A stretch of DNA of 64,000 bases from an uncultured virus (IMG/VR IMGVR_UViG_3300031539_000017) (taxonomy: Duplodnaviria > Heunggongvirae > Uroviricota > Caudoviricetes): the IMG/VR virus record IMGVR_UViG_3300031539_000017; one strand, given 5' to 3'. The notes under the pieces are model-generated. The model saw only the letters and a list, made by a program, of their open reading frames with translations, ran no database searches and was not told the DNA's origin. Shown in pieces: positions 1-9,267 of the stretch. The translations under genes and the position numbers were made by a program. The stretch's first letter is position 1. Each line of letters starts with the position of its first letter.

Positions 1-62
1 TTTTGCGCAAAAGTCAGGAGGCGGTTTTCTTTTGCCAGCAAAAGGTTCTAGTGACCTATAAT
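1..62 (+). promoter_or_regulatory. Bipartite palindromic element copy 1 (box A then box B) with -10
   Basis: TTTTGCGCAAAA 1-12, TTTTGCCAGCAAAA 30-43, TATAAT 57-62, then GGAGG and ATG 79. Confidence 0.8.
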
Positions 63-78
63 GAGAATGGAGGTGGGT

Positions 79-273
79 ATGGATGAAGAAAAGCTATTCA
101 ACCGGGAAGTCGATGACGTGCTCTATGATGCCCGTGGTTGTCTCAGGGACCCCGACGTTTACCCTGACAGCCTTGAGGGGCGGGCTGAGCTGGCCCGTTG
201 GCAGGAGGCAGAAGCGATGGGGATGGACCCGGCCACGGTGGACCTGCTGGACTCCGGCCAGTTGGGGTTGTGA
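79..273 (+). CDS. Hypothetical protein
   Basis: ORF with GGAGG RBS before ATG 79. Confidence 0.6.
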   Translation: MDEEKLFNREVDDVLYDARGCLRDPDVYPDSLEGRAELARWQEAEAMGMDPATVDLLDSGQLGL

Positions 274-400
274 GCTGTGAGTATGGGGGCGGCGGTGGGT
301 CAGCAGTGAGATCGGCTATGGCGTCACGGGTCGGACCAACGCCACTGTGAAAACGTAGGCCGGGCCTCCCCCCGCCTCCTTATTTAGACAGGAGGAAACG

Positions 401-742
401 ATGACAGAAGAAGCCGAAAACCCAGAGGTGGTAGAGTACCCGTTCGTCCTGCGGTCCTTGACACTGCGGGACGTGGGCAAGTTGCCCGGCCCGGTGCAGT
501 ATTCGTCTAGGGAGTACGGCACCCCTTATGCGACTTTCGACGTGAACTGGTCCGCGGAGGTCGTGGTGGAGGCCAACCCTGATGACCCGCTAGTGGAGGT
601 TAGTGCGGCCCTGGGGGCGTTGATGAAGTGGTTTCAGAGCACCGGGGCGAAGATGGGCCGTGAGGTCCTGGCTGATATTGAGTTGAGCAAGCAAGAGGCC
701 CGGCTGGGCATAGTCCCTAGCGTGGATGCCAACGAGCTATAG
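401..742 (+). CDS. Hypothetical protein
   Basis: 113-aa ORF, AGGAGG RBS. Confidence 0.7.
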   Translation: MTEEAENPEVVEYPFVLRSLTLRDVGKLPGPVQYSSREYGTPYATFDVNWSAEVVVEANPDDPLVEVSAALGALMKWFQSTGAKMGREVLADIELSKQEARLGIVPSVDANEL

Positions 743-753
743 GAGGAAACGAC

Positions 754-1788
754 ATGGCAAAGGTACAGGAGACTGAAGGACGAGGGGATTTCGAGCATGT
801 GCCGCAGGGTGACTACATCGCCTTCTTCGCAGGGTTCGTGCCCCGCGACGAGAACACGATGAAGCCGCGAATCAACCAGTTTGATGAGTGGAAGGACGGG
901 GTGAAGACAGGTGGTACGGCGCCTGCTCTGCTGTGGAAGTTCGAGATCATCCACCCCAAGGAGCACCGCGGCGAGGCGCCCACGGGCAAATCATGGTGGA
1001 AGGCCCTACGGGTGGTCCAGAACGAGAAGTCCGAGAACGTCGTACAGGTGGACCGTGTGGGCAATCTGATCACTAACATCGTCAAGTGGTCTGAGCACTG
1101 CGGTATAGAATGGGCTGCAGACCTGGGGGCGGCACTGCCTGACAAAGGCCAGATCACTGACCAGATGATCGTGGAGGCCCTGGAGAGGGCGCTTTTGGAC
1201 CATGCCCGTGAGGGTGCGCTTGTGGTCATCAAGATCGGTGAGACCGGTTACGTGGATACCAAGGATCATAACAGCGACTGCGTGATGCCTTTACCTGCGG
1301 GGCCACAGGCCAAGAAAGTTGAAGGCATCAAGTACGAGGTGCCGGACTTCTACGGTGATGCGGGGATGTCAGGTGTGGAAGCAGGAAAGTGGGCCGATGA
1401 GGATCTGGACGCGATGCGGGGTTACCTTCGTGAAACCCTACAGCCGGCCCTGATTACAGGGGAGTCGGTGTTGACTATCATGGATGCCAAGGAACGGGAG
1501 TGGCTGGCCCAGGCATTGTCTGCGGGCGGTTCAGATTACGCTCTGCGGGCACAGACCTTCGCTAACAGTATGATCGCGGCGGGGTTCGATGCGGTGGATA
1601 CCAGCCTGTTGATTAGTCTGGTGGCCCTGGTCACAGGCGCACCGGCCAAGGGTAGGATTGTGGATTCACTGGCCCCGCCGCAGCTTGAGGCAGCTGTGGA
1701 GCACCTGGTGGTCTTTGCGCGGGCCTTAGGCAAGGAAGTCCCTGATGTGCCTGTGCGGGATGCCGATGAGGGTGAGATACCCTTCTAG
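754..1788 (+). CDS. Putative single-stranded DNA-binding protein
   Basis: 344 aa, acidic C-terminus ending DEGEIPF like SSB tails, beta-rich N-terminus, replication region. Confidence 0.5.
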   Translation: MAKVQETEGRGDFEHVPQGDYIAFFAGFVPRDENTMKPRINQFDEWKDGVKTGGTAPALLWKFEIIHPKEHRGEAPTGKSWWKALRVVQNEKSENVVQVDRVGNLITNIVKWSEHCGIEWAADLGAALPDKGQITDQMIVEALERALLDHAREGALVVIKIGETGYVDTKDHNSDCVMPLPAGPQAKKVEGIKYEVPDFYGDAGMSGVEAGKWADEDLDAMRGYLRETLQPALITGESVLTIMDAKEREWLAQALSAGGSDYALRAQTFANSMIAAGFDAVDTSLLISLVALVTGAPAKGRIVDSLAPPQLEAAVEHLVVFARALGKEVPDVPVRDADEGEIPF

Positions 1789-1795
1789 GGGAGTT

Positions 1796-1821
1796 GGGGC
1801 AGGCGGAGGATTGCCTGCCCC
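1796..1821 (+). terminator. Stem-loop after SSB-like gene
   Basis: GGGGCAGGCGG-AGGA-TTGCCTGCCCC; U-tract weak and displaced. Confidence 0.45.
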
Positions 1822-1854
1822 GATCTTGCCTGTTTTACTGAGGAGGGGGAAGTG

Positions 1855-2052
1855 ATGTATGTTCAGATTAGGAAGAATGGACCTTGGCACATAGTTAGCC
1901 GGGGTAAAGATAGCGTTCTTTGGAGGGGAAGGGAATGCACCGCTTGCGGCATTCCACAGCCAGAGAGCTGGCCGGAGTTTGCTTGACCCACGATAAGCAG
2001 CAGCCCCCGCGAACCACTCTGCAAACGCTGCCTGAAGAGGAGGAAGAAGTGA
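1855..2052 (+). pseudogene. Small Zn-binding protein gene interrupted by in-frame TGA at 1984-1986
   Basis: AGGAGG RBS; MYVQIRKNGPWHIV...TACG...PEFA*PTISSSPREPLCKRCLKRRKK*; second stop overlaps next GTG start. Confidence 0.55.
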
Positions 2053-2273
2053 GCGAGAGAGAGAAGATGGAGACCATAACACTAGATGAATTGTGCGACT
2101 TCGATGTGGTGCCCGCTGATGGGTGGTACATTGCCGGAGAAACTATGGAAGTCTACAGCAGCGGCAGGCGCGTGGAGCTTGGAGAGAAGGTCTATTGCTG
2201 GAACGGTTGGGTCTGTGATGACGAAGAAGATGCCCGCAAGCTCAGCATGATGCTAGATCTGGGCACGATATAG
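2049..2273 (+). CDS. Hypothetical protein
   Basis: GTG start after GAGGAGG. Confidence 0.6.
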   Translation: MSEREKMETITLDELCDFDVVPADGWYIAGETMEVYSSGRRVELGEKVYCWNGWVCDDEEDARKLSMMLDLGTI

Positions 2274-2309
2274 GCGGACTCAGAGCCGGAGATGGACGGA
2301 GGATGAATC

Positions 2310-2528
2310 ATGACCATGAGCAAGAGGAAGATACTGGCGCGCCGCAACAGACTTCGCGGGACGCTATGCTCAGGGTGCAGACACAACTACTACAACTGGC
2401 CCAAGGCTGCGAGCCCTCGGGGAGATGTAGCGGTGGCCGATGACTATTACTGCTGGCACCTACCGGACGTAGACCTGCGGAAGAAGGAGCCTTGCTGGGC
2501 GCGGTTCGTACCGGGCCAGTATCGTTGA
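2310..2528 (+). CDS. Cys-containing hypothetical protein
   Basis: 72-aa ORF, CSGC motif, GGAGG RBS. Confidence 0.55.
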   Translation: MTMSKRKILARRNRLRGTLCSGCRHNYYNWPKAASPRGDVAVADDYYCWHLPDVDLRKKEPCWARFVPGQYR

Positions 2529-2554
2529 CACCATCACTGCTACAGGAGGAAGAA

Positions 2555-2812
2555 GTGAGCACCGAGAGAGAACTGAGGGAAGCAATAGAAGATTATGATG
2601 TGAACATCGGCCTTGACCAGAGTGCCGTTGCATACGACGGGATAATACAGGCCCTCGACGCCGCCCCCGACGGCCCGCAGATGGACCGGCTGGTGGAGTG
2701 GCTGGAGGAGAAGCGGACGACGCCAGCCAACACACCGGGAGACCGGGGCTGGGAGTCAGCATTTACGGTAGTGCTCCACCATATCGACGAGATGCAGGAG
2801 GAGCAGCCATGA
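2555..2812 (+). CDS. Hypothetical protein
   Basis: GTG start after AGGAGG; ATGA overlap with next gene. Confidence 0.6.
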   Translation: MSTERELREAIEDYDVNIGLDQSAVAYDGIIQALDAAPDGPQMDRLVEWLEEKRTTPANTPGDRGWESAFTVVLHHIDEMQEEQP

Positions 2813-3282
2813 TCTTCAAACAGTGGAGGCAGGTACTCAACGGGACCAAGACGCAGACGCGGCGGCTCAGAGGAAACAGAGATGTGTTCGACATGATGAT
2901 GTGCAAGGAGCCATTCAGAGATACGGTGTTTCGGAAAGGCGTGGTGAAGTGGCAAGTTGGCCGCACCTACGCCTGCCAGCGTCCCGACGGCAAGACGATG
3001 GGGCGGACTCCTCCGCTGCGCAAGATACGGCGGGAGCGGTTGGGGGACATCTCGGACGCGGATTGCTACGCTGAGGGCATTTTGGAGGTCGAAGTCCTCG
3101 ACCCGCTTTTGCGGCGGTTGGCTCACTATCCGTATCACCTTGTCTGCCCGCTGTGCGACGGAGCCTACGAAACGCCACAATCTGCCTACGCCTGCCTCTG
3201 GGACTGCTGCGGTGGGCGATGGGAGAATGACCAGAATGACGATACGTGGGTGCTAGGGTTTGAATCGGGGTCGGGCCTCTAG
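2809..3282 (+). CDS. ASCH-domain protein
   Basis: VLNGTKTQTRR (GxKxxTxR) and RERLGDISDADCYAEG motifs typical of ASCH/PUA-like proteins. Confidence 0.75.
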   Translation: MIFKQWRQVLNGTKTQTRRLRGNRDVFDMMMCKEPFRDTVFRKGVVKWQVGRTYACQRPDGKTMGRTPPLRKIRRERLGDISDADCYAEGILEVEVLDPLLRRLAHYPYHLVCPLCDGAYETPQSAYACLWDCCGGRWENDQNDDTWVLGFESGSGL

Positions 3283-3335
3283 TGGAAACCTATTACTACT
3301 AGGGGACACTGCCCGGCCCCGAGAGGAGAGGGAGG

Positions 3336-4010
3336 ATGGATAAGGAATGGCTTGAGAGAAGGCTGTATAAGCGAGTGGGAACCATCTACGGTGTCCAAGA
3401 AAAGACTGAGGACGTTGACACCATCGCCGCCCAGCACGAGCAGGATGTAGCGAGCTTGGTAGCGGTTCGTGATATGTACGCCATAGAGATAGAGGGTCTA
3501 CAGGCGCAGGTGGCGGAGATGGGCGGGGCGCTGGAGTATACGCTTGTTCGGCTGAAGCCTCTCCTTGAACTAATGCGCGAAGACAGAAGGCCGACAGAGT
3601 GGGTGGAGAAGATAGAAAAGGCCCTCACCGGTGCGCCGAAGGTGCTCTATCGTGTTCTCGGTAAACTCGCAAATCTAGATCCGGAGTTGATTCCAGTTGT
3701 GCATATATGCCAGGGGCAACCCATAGATTTGTGCACGACACATCTATTTCACTATGGGAAGATAAGCGGTTCTCCTGTCGCTGTGCTAGTGCTTGAGTGT
3801 CCACCCAAGGGCGAACAGGGCTATAAGCGAGCCAGGGGCGTGATCTCGCTGGGGGGCAAACGGCCAGAGGATGTGATAGCGGAGATGAGAGGTAGGCCCA
3901 CGGAGAGCGAACAGGACTTCCCCGGGATCGAGGCGTTTGACGTGGAGCCGGATGGAAGAATCAAGCGCGTAGAGAGCGAACAGGAGGAGGCCACGGATGA
4001 GGCTAATTAA
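3336..4010 (+). CDS. Hypothetical coiled-coil protein
   Basis: 224-aa ORF, strong RBS. Confidence 0.65.
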   Translation: MDKEWLERRLYKRVGTIYGVQEKTEDVDTIAAQHEQDVASLVAVRDMYAIEIEGLQAQVAEMGGALEYTLVRLKPLLELMREDRRPTEWVEKIEKALTGAPKVLYRVLGKLANLDPELIPVVHICQGQPIDLCTTHLFHYGKISGSPVAVLVLECPPKGEQGYKRARGVISLGGKRPEDVIAEMRGRPTESEQDFPGIEAFDVEPDGRIKRVESEQEEATDEAN

Positions 4011-4194
4011 GCGCATTTGCGAGGGCTGTATTGGAGATGTGGGGATTTGTCGGGAGAGGGGGATCATCAACAGACTAGAGAGCGTGAGGCGTGTGCTGTC
4101 AACCGAGTATACTGACGCCTTTGATTTGCTGGCGGGCATGGCGTCTTGTCCCAACAAGAAGAGCTTCAGGCGCGAGGAGGCCACTGATGACTAA
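3997..4194 (+). CDS. Hypothetical protein
   Basis: GAGGAGG RBS, overlaps neighbours. Confidence 0.55.
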   Translation: MRLIKRICEGCIGDVGICRERGIINRLESVRRVLSTEYTDAFDLLAGMASCPNKKSFRREEATDD

Positions 4195-4411
4195 GTGCTT
4201 CTGCTTGGATTCACCGTTTGAGCGTATGCCCATCAATGTGAATGAGCGATGCCTGGATTGTCCTACCGATTGTGGGCACAACCCCAACGCCCTGAAATGG
4301 GATGGGACCTGCTTGATCTGTGCAATGGAATGGGCCGTTGAGCTATTCGATGGCCTAGAGGAACGGCTTGCCACAGGCGCGTATGCAGACAGGGAGGCCA
4401 CCGATGGATGA
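4187..4411 (+). CDS. Cys-rich hypothetical protein
   Basis: GAGGAGG RBS, ATG 4187. Confidence 0.55.
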   Translation: MTKCFCLDSPFERMPINVNERCLDCPTDCGHNPNALKWDGTCLICAMEWAVELFDGLEERLATGAYADREATDG

Positions 4412-4844
4412 GCAATTCAGTCAAGCCTACAAGGACTTCATGCTCAGCGATGAGGCGCAGGGGTTGCAGAAACACCTAGATATTCGCTTTGGGACCGCAA
4501 TCCTTGCGCCGGTCATGGGGCATGACGTGATTGTATTCGTCACTGAGGTTGAGCACGACCCCAGTGCAGCGTGTGACTTCTATGCTATCTTCGAGGGCTC
4601 TGGTACGCCTAACGCATTTCTGCGTGAGGACGTGACGGTGCTCCCCTCCCTCTCCCAACTGCTCGGCGTCATCGAGGGGGCTGGGTGGGAGTGGCGCAAG
4701 TTTGCAGGATTAGTCTATGGATGGCCGATTGATCCTAACGCCAAAATCAATGCTGAATACCCTGTGTCATTTGACGACAAAGACCTTATGCTCGCCGCCG
4801 CAAAGCTGGCGGCGAGGGCGGTGGAGGAGGTCACTGATGGCTAG
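4404..4844 (+). CDS. Hypothetical protein
   Basis: GGAGG RBS, ATG 4404. Confidence 0.6.
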   Translation: MDEQFSQAYKDFMLSDEAQGLQKHLDIRFGTAILAPVMGHDVIVFVTEVEHDPSAACDFYAIFEGSGTPNAFLREDVTVLPSLSQLLGVIEGAGWEWRKFAGLVYGWPIDPNAKINAEYPVSFDDKDLMLAAAKLAARAVEEVTDG

Positions 4845-5310
4845 GGTTATTGTTAATTGTGGAGTAGTCCCTATTCAGCAAGGGGAGCAGGCTGATGGGG
4901 TGATCACCTTTGGTAAGCACGCAGGCCAGAAGCTGGGTGATGAGAGCATTTCATTCCGTTACCTGGCATGGGTCTATGCCTGGCTGGAGAACAACAGCCT
5001 ACCCCCGAGCCTGGTTCATGTGCTGGAGCTAGTCTGGTACTGGGGTGACCGCAAGTGCTCCGAGGCCCAGCAGGGGGACGATAGGGAGTTCGACGAGTAC
5101 GTGGACGAGGCCCGGCTGGGCATGGATGAGGCCTTCAAGGAAGAGAGTGAGGCCAAGAGATTGCAGGGTTTCCAGATGACCTACGACTATGATCCGGACC
5201 GGGACAACTGGGGCGTGGTGAGCCTGCGGGAGAAGCGTGTCCGAGACAAGGAACGGGCTCGTGAGAAGGCTGGTAAGGTTGTGGCGGAGGCAGTGGGGGG
5301 CAATGGCTAG
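4837..5310 (+). CDS. DUF3820-like domain protein
   Basis: ITFGKHAGQKL...YLAW motif (FGKH/YxG...YLxW). Confidence 0.55.
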   Translation: MARVIVNCGVVPIQQGEQADGVITFGKHAGQKLGDESISFRYLAWVYAWLENNSLPPSLVHVLELVWYWGDRKCSEAQQGDDREFDEYVDEARLGMDEAFKEESEAKRLQGFQMTYDYDPDRDNWGVVSLREKRVRDKERAREKAGKVVAEAVGGNG

Positions 5311-5671
5311 GGCTGGCAGGCATATCATCAACCGCGTCTACTGGGCGGCTCAGGGGGCGATGGGAGCGGACTGGTCCGAGTCCGACCAGGGTATGAACAA
5401 GGCGCTTATCGGATATCTACTGGACCGGGGCTATTCTGAGAAGGACATCATTAGCTGCGCAAGCTATGTGGGCCGGGAGCGATACATTGGCATAACGGAT
5501 ATGCGGCGTGTGCGCAACGTCATTGCGGCCTGGATACGGTCTGGTAGGCCTGAGGCACCCATGAAACCCGGTGAGGTTGTACGGCTGGGCAAGATAGAGG
5601 ATTATGGGCGGCTGGGGCAGAAGGTGGATCATTGGACAGAGCGATTACGGAGGCGGAGAAAAGCTGAATGA
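5303..5671 (+). CDS. Putative replication initiator (helical, DnaD-like)
   Basis: Directly upstream of the DnaC-like ATPase; call mostly positional. Confidence 0.4.
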   Translation: MARAGRHIINRVYWAAQGAMGADWSESDQGMNKALIGYLLDRGYSEKDIISCASYVGRERYIGITDMRRVRNVIAAWIRSGRPEAPMKPGEVVRLGKIEDYGRLGQKVDHWTERLRRRRKAE

Positions 5672-6615
5672 CCGGCTTTGCCCGCATAGAGGTCCTCACT
5701 AGCCGCATAGATGCACTGCGGTCTGCGTGGCAGCCGGGGGACCCCTTACCTGATTATGAGGTTGCCTTCGATGATGAAACGTGGCCCAGGGAGCGGCTAC
5801 TGGAGGTTTTTCCTGAGAAGCGGGTTCCGTGGGCCTATGACCGGGGGGCGTGCCTTTGTGCAGGTCGTGTGGGGGATTGTCCCATGTGTCACGGCTCCGG
5901 CAAGTTGTGCCCCCGCTGCGGCGGGGCTGGGTATCTGGTAGAGTCGGGGGGCGGCATTACGGAGTGCACTTGCGGCTTTGCTCAAGAGCGGTACCTGCAG
6001 GCTTTGGTGGAGGAATCATCGTTTACCCCACACATGGGGGGCTGGACTTTTGAGAACGTGATGGGGAACCAGCCGGACCTTCTAGAGCTGGCTAGGGATG
6101 TGGAGGAGTGGACCAAGATCATGCTGGAGCAGCGCAAAGGATGGCTGTTTATGAACTCTTTGCCGGGTCGGGGCAAATCATACTTGGGAGCCTGTGTGCT
6201 CAACAAGGCGCGGACCTCTGGCATGGGTGGGGTGTTCTTCACGGGACCGGAGCTGGAGGAGTTTCTAAAGAGCCGCTTAGCACCTGGTGGGGGCCGCTAT
6301 GAGAGCTTCCTGGAGTGGCTGATGGCTCTCAAACATACCCCACTGTTGGTCCTGGATGAGTACGGTACACAGCACACTAGCGACTGGGTAGCGGCCCGGT
6401 TCCGTGACCTTCTGGAGTTTCGTAGTGACCGGAGCGGGTTTCTGCCCACGGTGTTACTCACGAACATGACGGACCATGAGATGCCTGAGTGGCTGCTGAG
6501 TCGTCTCAGTTCACCGGAGGTTTACTGGCCGGGGACCATGGCGGCGCTCCCTGATTTGCGGCTATTGCGGGAGTTGAACCTAGACGGTGATGATATGGAG
6601 AATGCAGAGCTGTGA
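5668..6615 (+). CDS. DnaC/IstB-like helicase loader ATPase
   Basis: N-terminal CxxC Zn motifs, Walker A PGRGKS, Walker B LLVLDEYG, LLTN sensor, SRL arginine finger. Confidence 0.85.
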   Translation: MTGFARIEVLTSRIDALRSAWQPGDPLPDYEVAFDDETWPRERLLEVFPEKRVPWAYDRGACLCAGRVGDCPMCHGSGKLCPRCGGAGYLVESGGGITECTCGFAQERYLQALVEESSFTPHMGGWTFENVMGNQPDLLELARDVEEWTKIMLEQRKGWLFMNSLPGRGKSYLGACVLNKARTSGMGGVFFTGPELEEFLKSRLAPGGGRYESFLEWLMALKHTPLLVLDEYGTQHTSDWVAARFRDLLEFRSDRSGFLPTVLLTNMTDHEMPEWLLSRLSSPEVYWPGTMAALPDLRLLRELNLDGDDMENAEL

Positions 6616-6911
6616 GATTGTATCGTGTTGTTGTAGGGCCTGAGAAGGTCAGGGTACCTTATGAGCCGGTGGAGACGTTTCGGGACCGGTTGGTATTACC
6701 CTTGACCCGATTCCGGGAGGAGCACGGGCAGGAGCCGAACCGCTGCTACGTGGGCATGAGCTTTCCGGATTCTTTGCCTGCGCCGATGGGGCAGGTCTCA
6801 TTCCGTAGGCAGACCCTGTTGGCAGAGAATGAGGTATTGATAGGCGTGGAGATCGAAACACAGTTAGGGGGAGGAGATCATGAGTGGTTCATTGAGCGTG
6901 CAGTCGGGTAA
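6612..6911 (+). CDS. Hypothetical protein
   Basis: GTGA overlap with upstream stop. Confidence 0.55.
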   Translation: MRLYRVVVGPEKVRVPYEPVETFRDRLVLPLTRFREEHGQEPNRCYVGMSFPDSLPAPMGQVSFRRQTLLAENEVLIGVEIETQLGGGDHEWFIERAVG

Positions 6912-7731
6912 GCTGAATCGGACTTTGGCGAACGTGGATGAGCAGGGCGCCTTGGTCATGGTGCGCCAGGTTCACAGCGGCCAGATAGACCTGGGTATGG
7001 AGGCCGCGTCTTCCTGGGCGCTTCTGGTAGACATGGCGACCAAGGTAGCGGAGTCGGCTGAGGACATGCAGATGGTGTCCTGGGCCAGGCAGCGGTGCTA
7101 TGCCCTGGCGGAGGTGGAGGAGTCAGAGCGGTGGTTCTTGAGGGCTGAGCAGATTTGGCACTTCAAGAACGACCAGATGAGCGTGCAGCGCGTCCAGGAC
7201 ATAGACGCTGAGACGGCGATCATCACGGGGGAGGACAAGCGCCCCCTGTGGGCATGGGGGTCCGATTGTGAGAACTGGCCTGACTTCTGCACGGACGCCC
7301 TGGGCATCAAGTCGGAGCAGGCCCGCGTCTTGGAGCGTATGTATGACCTGTACGCCGTGAGGATGAACCTGCCCATGGAGGAGATCCTACGGCGCGGCAA
7401 GGCGAAGCAAGTCGTAGCCTTGGGGCTGGCGGAGTATCAGTGGGAGAATCAGGGCGCGATAGATGAGGACTTAGAAACCCTACTCAAGGAGGGCACCTGG
7501 CATGAGGTCCGTGAGTACGTGCAGGGGATGCGGAATAAGGTCGTGGCGGAGTACCGCAAGCCGTTGACTACTGACGGGGACGGCAAGATCACGTTCTGGG
7601 ATGAGAACAGTTTGACCCTGGAGTTCGGGACCATCGTGCTCTATGACCCGCCGGAGGAGTTGGGTGCGCGGGACAAGAGCATTTGGAAGCGGAGAATGCA
7701 TGCCTTGATGGAGACTGTGGGGTTAGAATGA
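6880..7731 (+). CDS. Hypothetical protein
   Basis: 283-aa ORF, GGAGGAG RBS. Confidence 0.7.
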   Translation: MSGSLSVQSGKLNRTLANVDEQGALVMVRQVHSGQIDLGMEAASSWALLVDMATKVAESAEDMQMVSWARQRCYALAEVEESERWFLRAEQIWHFKNDQMSVQRVQDIDAETAIITGEDKRPLWAWGSDCENWPDFCTDALGIKSEQARVLERMYDLYAVRMNLPMEEILRRGKAKQVVALGLAEYQWENQGAIDEDLETLLKEGTWHEVREYVQGMRNKVVAEYRKPLTTDGDGKITFWDENSLTLEFGTIVLYDPPEELGARDKSIWKRRMHALMETVGLE

Positions 7732-7991
7732 TGGCATACTGGGATAGCCAGAAGCAAGTCGTCGTCCATATTCCAACGGAACCCCATCCTATCAATCCGG
7801 GGTGGGAGATAGTGGATTGCTCCTGCTGTGGTGGCTTGGAGTGGGGGGGTGATTATCCCAGAGAGTGCTCTACTTGCCAGGGTATAGGTCGCTACTGCCG
7901 TCACATAGAATCCGGTGCCTTGGCGCTTTACCCTGGTGGACCGTTTGTAGGACGTGAGCGGGTTATCAGGAGCACGGTGGGGTTGGGATGA
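7728..7991 (+). CDS. Zn-finger protein
   Basis: CSCCGG...CSTCQG; ATGA overlaps on both sides. Confidence 0.55.
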   Translation: MMAYWDSQKQVVVHIPTEPHPINPGWEIVDCSCCGGLEWGGDYPRECSTCQGIGRYCRHIESGALALYPGGPFVGRERVIRSTVGLG

Positions 7992-8653
7992 ACAGATACG
8001 CGGAGTTTGGCCCCATCGTCAAGGGGCATACCATCTACAAAAAGCCTGACGGTGTGATAGTGCCCGGTGTCTCCACCATCACGGGTCAGCTGTCTAAGCC
8101 CCGTCTCATAGACTGGGCGGCCAACGTGACGCGGCGGGGCCTGGATCACCGGGCCATCCTGGAAGAGAGTGGTCGTGTGGGCACGCTTGCTCACGAGATG
8201 GTGCAGTGTCACCTCATGGGCGGTGAACCGAACTTGGCCAACTATTCAGCTACTCAGGTGGCCCTGGCGCGGAACTCCATGGCGAAGTTCCTGCAATATT
8301 GTGAGCGGCACAAGGCGGAGCCGCTGTTTATGGAGCACCCATTGGTCTCTGAGGAATACGGCTATGGTGGTACGCCGGACTTCTACGGTTTGTTGGACGG
8401 CGTACCTGCACAACTGGACTGGAAGACTGGCTCTAATGTGTTTGAGGGGCACCGCCTACAGGCCGCGGCGTATTGGAATCTGCTGGTGGAGAACGGTCAT
8501 GAAGTGAAGAGGGTGCGTATTCTACGCATTGGGAGGGAGGAGGGCGGGGGTTATCAGGAGAGCGGTGTGGGCCGCTTGGAGGAGCGCCTGGGTGTGTTCC
8601 TGGATTTGCTGTCGGCATATCAAGGGCGGTTAGAATTGGGAGAAGTTGAGTGA
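7988..8653 (+). CDS. PD-(D/E)XK exonuclease
   Basis: PGVSTIT, GTLAH, GTPD...DWKTG, LQAAAY motifs. Confidence 0.85.
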   Translation: MNRYAEFGPIVKGHTIYKKPDGVIVPGVSTITGQLSKPRLIDWAANVTRRGLDHRAILEESGRVGTLAHEMVQCHLMGGEPNLANYSATQVALARNSMAKFLQYCERHKAEPLFMEHPLVSEEYGYGGTPDFYGLLDGVPAQLDWKTGSNVFEGHRLQAAAYWNLLVENGHEVKRVRILRIGREEGGGYQESGVGRLEERLGVFLDLLSAYQGRLELGEVE

Positions 8654-8655
8654 GT

Positions 8656-8799
8656 ATGGATAGGACTGACCGGTTCCTATTGGTAGCGGCCCGCATACTC
8701 TTGGCAGTTCTAATCATCGGGCTGTGCCTGCTGTGCCAGGCGTTCACGTGGATGGGGTACCTGGAGTATTGGGTACCGAAACTGTTGGGGGGAGGATAG
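8656..8799 (+). CDS. Small membrane protein (47 aa)
   Basis: MDRTDRFLLVAARILLAVLIIGLCLLCQAF..., fills the gap between genes. Confidence 0.5.
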   Translation: MDRTDRFLLVAARILLAVLIIGLCLLCQAFTWMGYLEYWVPKLLGGG

Positions 8800-8804
8800 T
8801 GGTT

Positions 8805-9008
8805 ATGAGAGGATATGCAGTAGATCCCATGGCGTTGGCTGATTCGCTGGGCATACCGCGAGACGAGGTGGCGTCGTTGTTAGAATCAAGCGATCACCCC
8901 TATGATTGCCGGTGCAACGAGTGCCGTGAGTGGTGGCGCCAGATGGGGCCTGACCCCGATACCGGTGAACATGGGCCGTTCACTGCGGAGGAGGTAAGGG
9001 GTGACTAA
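8805..9008 (+). CDS. Hypothetical protein
   Basis: GGAGG RBS, HPYDCRCNEC motif. Confidence 0.55.
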   Translation: MRGYAVDPMALADSLGIPRDEVASLLESSDHPYDCRCNECREWWRQMGPDPDTGEHGPFTAEEVRGD

Positions 9009-9267
9009 GACGAAGCGATCTGATATGCGCGGGCAGGCTGTATACCGCGATCCGGTGTTTTATCCCTATAGACGACTGGCAGCGAGTCGGGTGGTGCGGG
9101 ACATACAAGAGCATAATGGAGGCTTGCTGGGTTTAGTACAGCACCGGAATTTCACGTGGGTAGTAGTGGCAAAGGACGCGAACGCCCCGAGGTGGTATGT
9201 AGATAGAATGCTGACGGTGGAATGGGTAAAACAGGGCAAGGCAGGCCGTTCAGCATGGATGAGGTAG
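9001..9267 (+). CDS. Hypothetical protein
   Basis: GGAGG RBS, GTG start. Confidence 0.55.
   Translation: MTKTKRSDMRGQAVYRDPVFYPYRRLAASRVVRDIQEHNGGLLGLVQHRNFTWVVVAKDANAPRWYVDRMLTVEWVKQGKAGRSAWMR

Noticed and set aside
285..380. tRNA or tmRNA
   Set aside because: Ends resemble an acceptor stem, but there is no TTC-containing T loop, anticodon arm or CCA, and it is too short for tmRNA.
3281..3310. Second hammerhead at GAAA plus CCTA/TAGG stem
   Set aside because: No UH cleavage site and no CUGANGA-like core nearby.
7988..8653. Cas4
   Set aside because: Lacks the four-cysteine Fe-S motif and CRISPR context; ordinary phage exonuclease.
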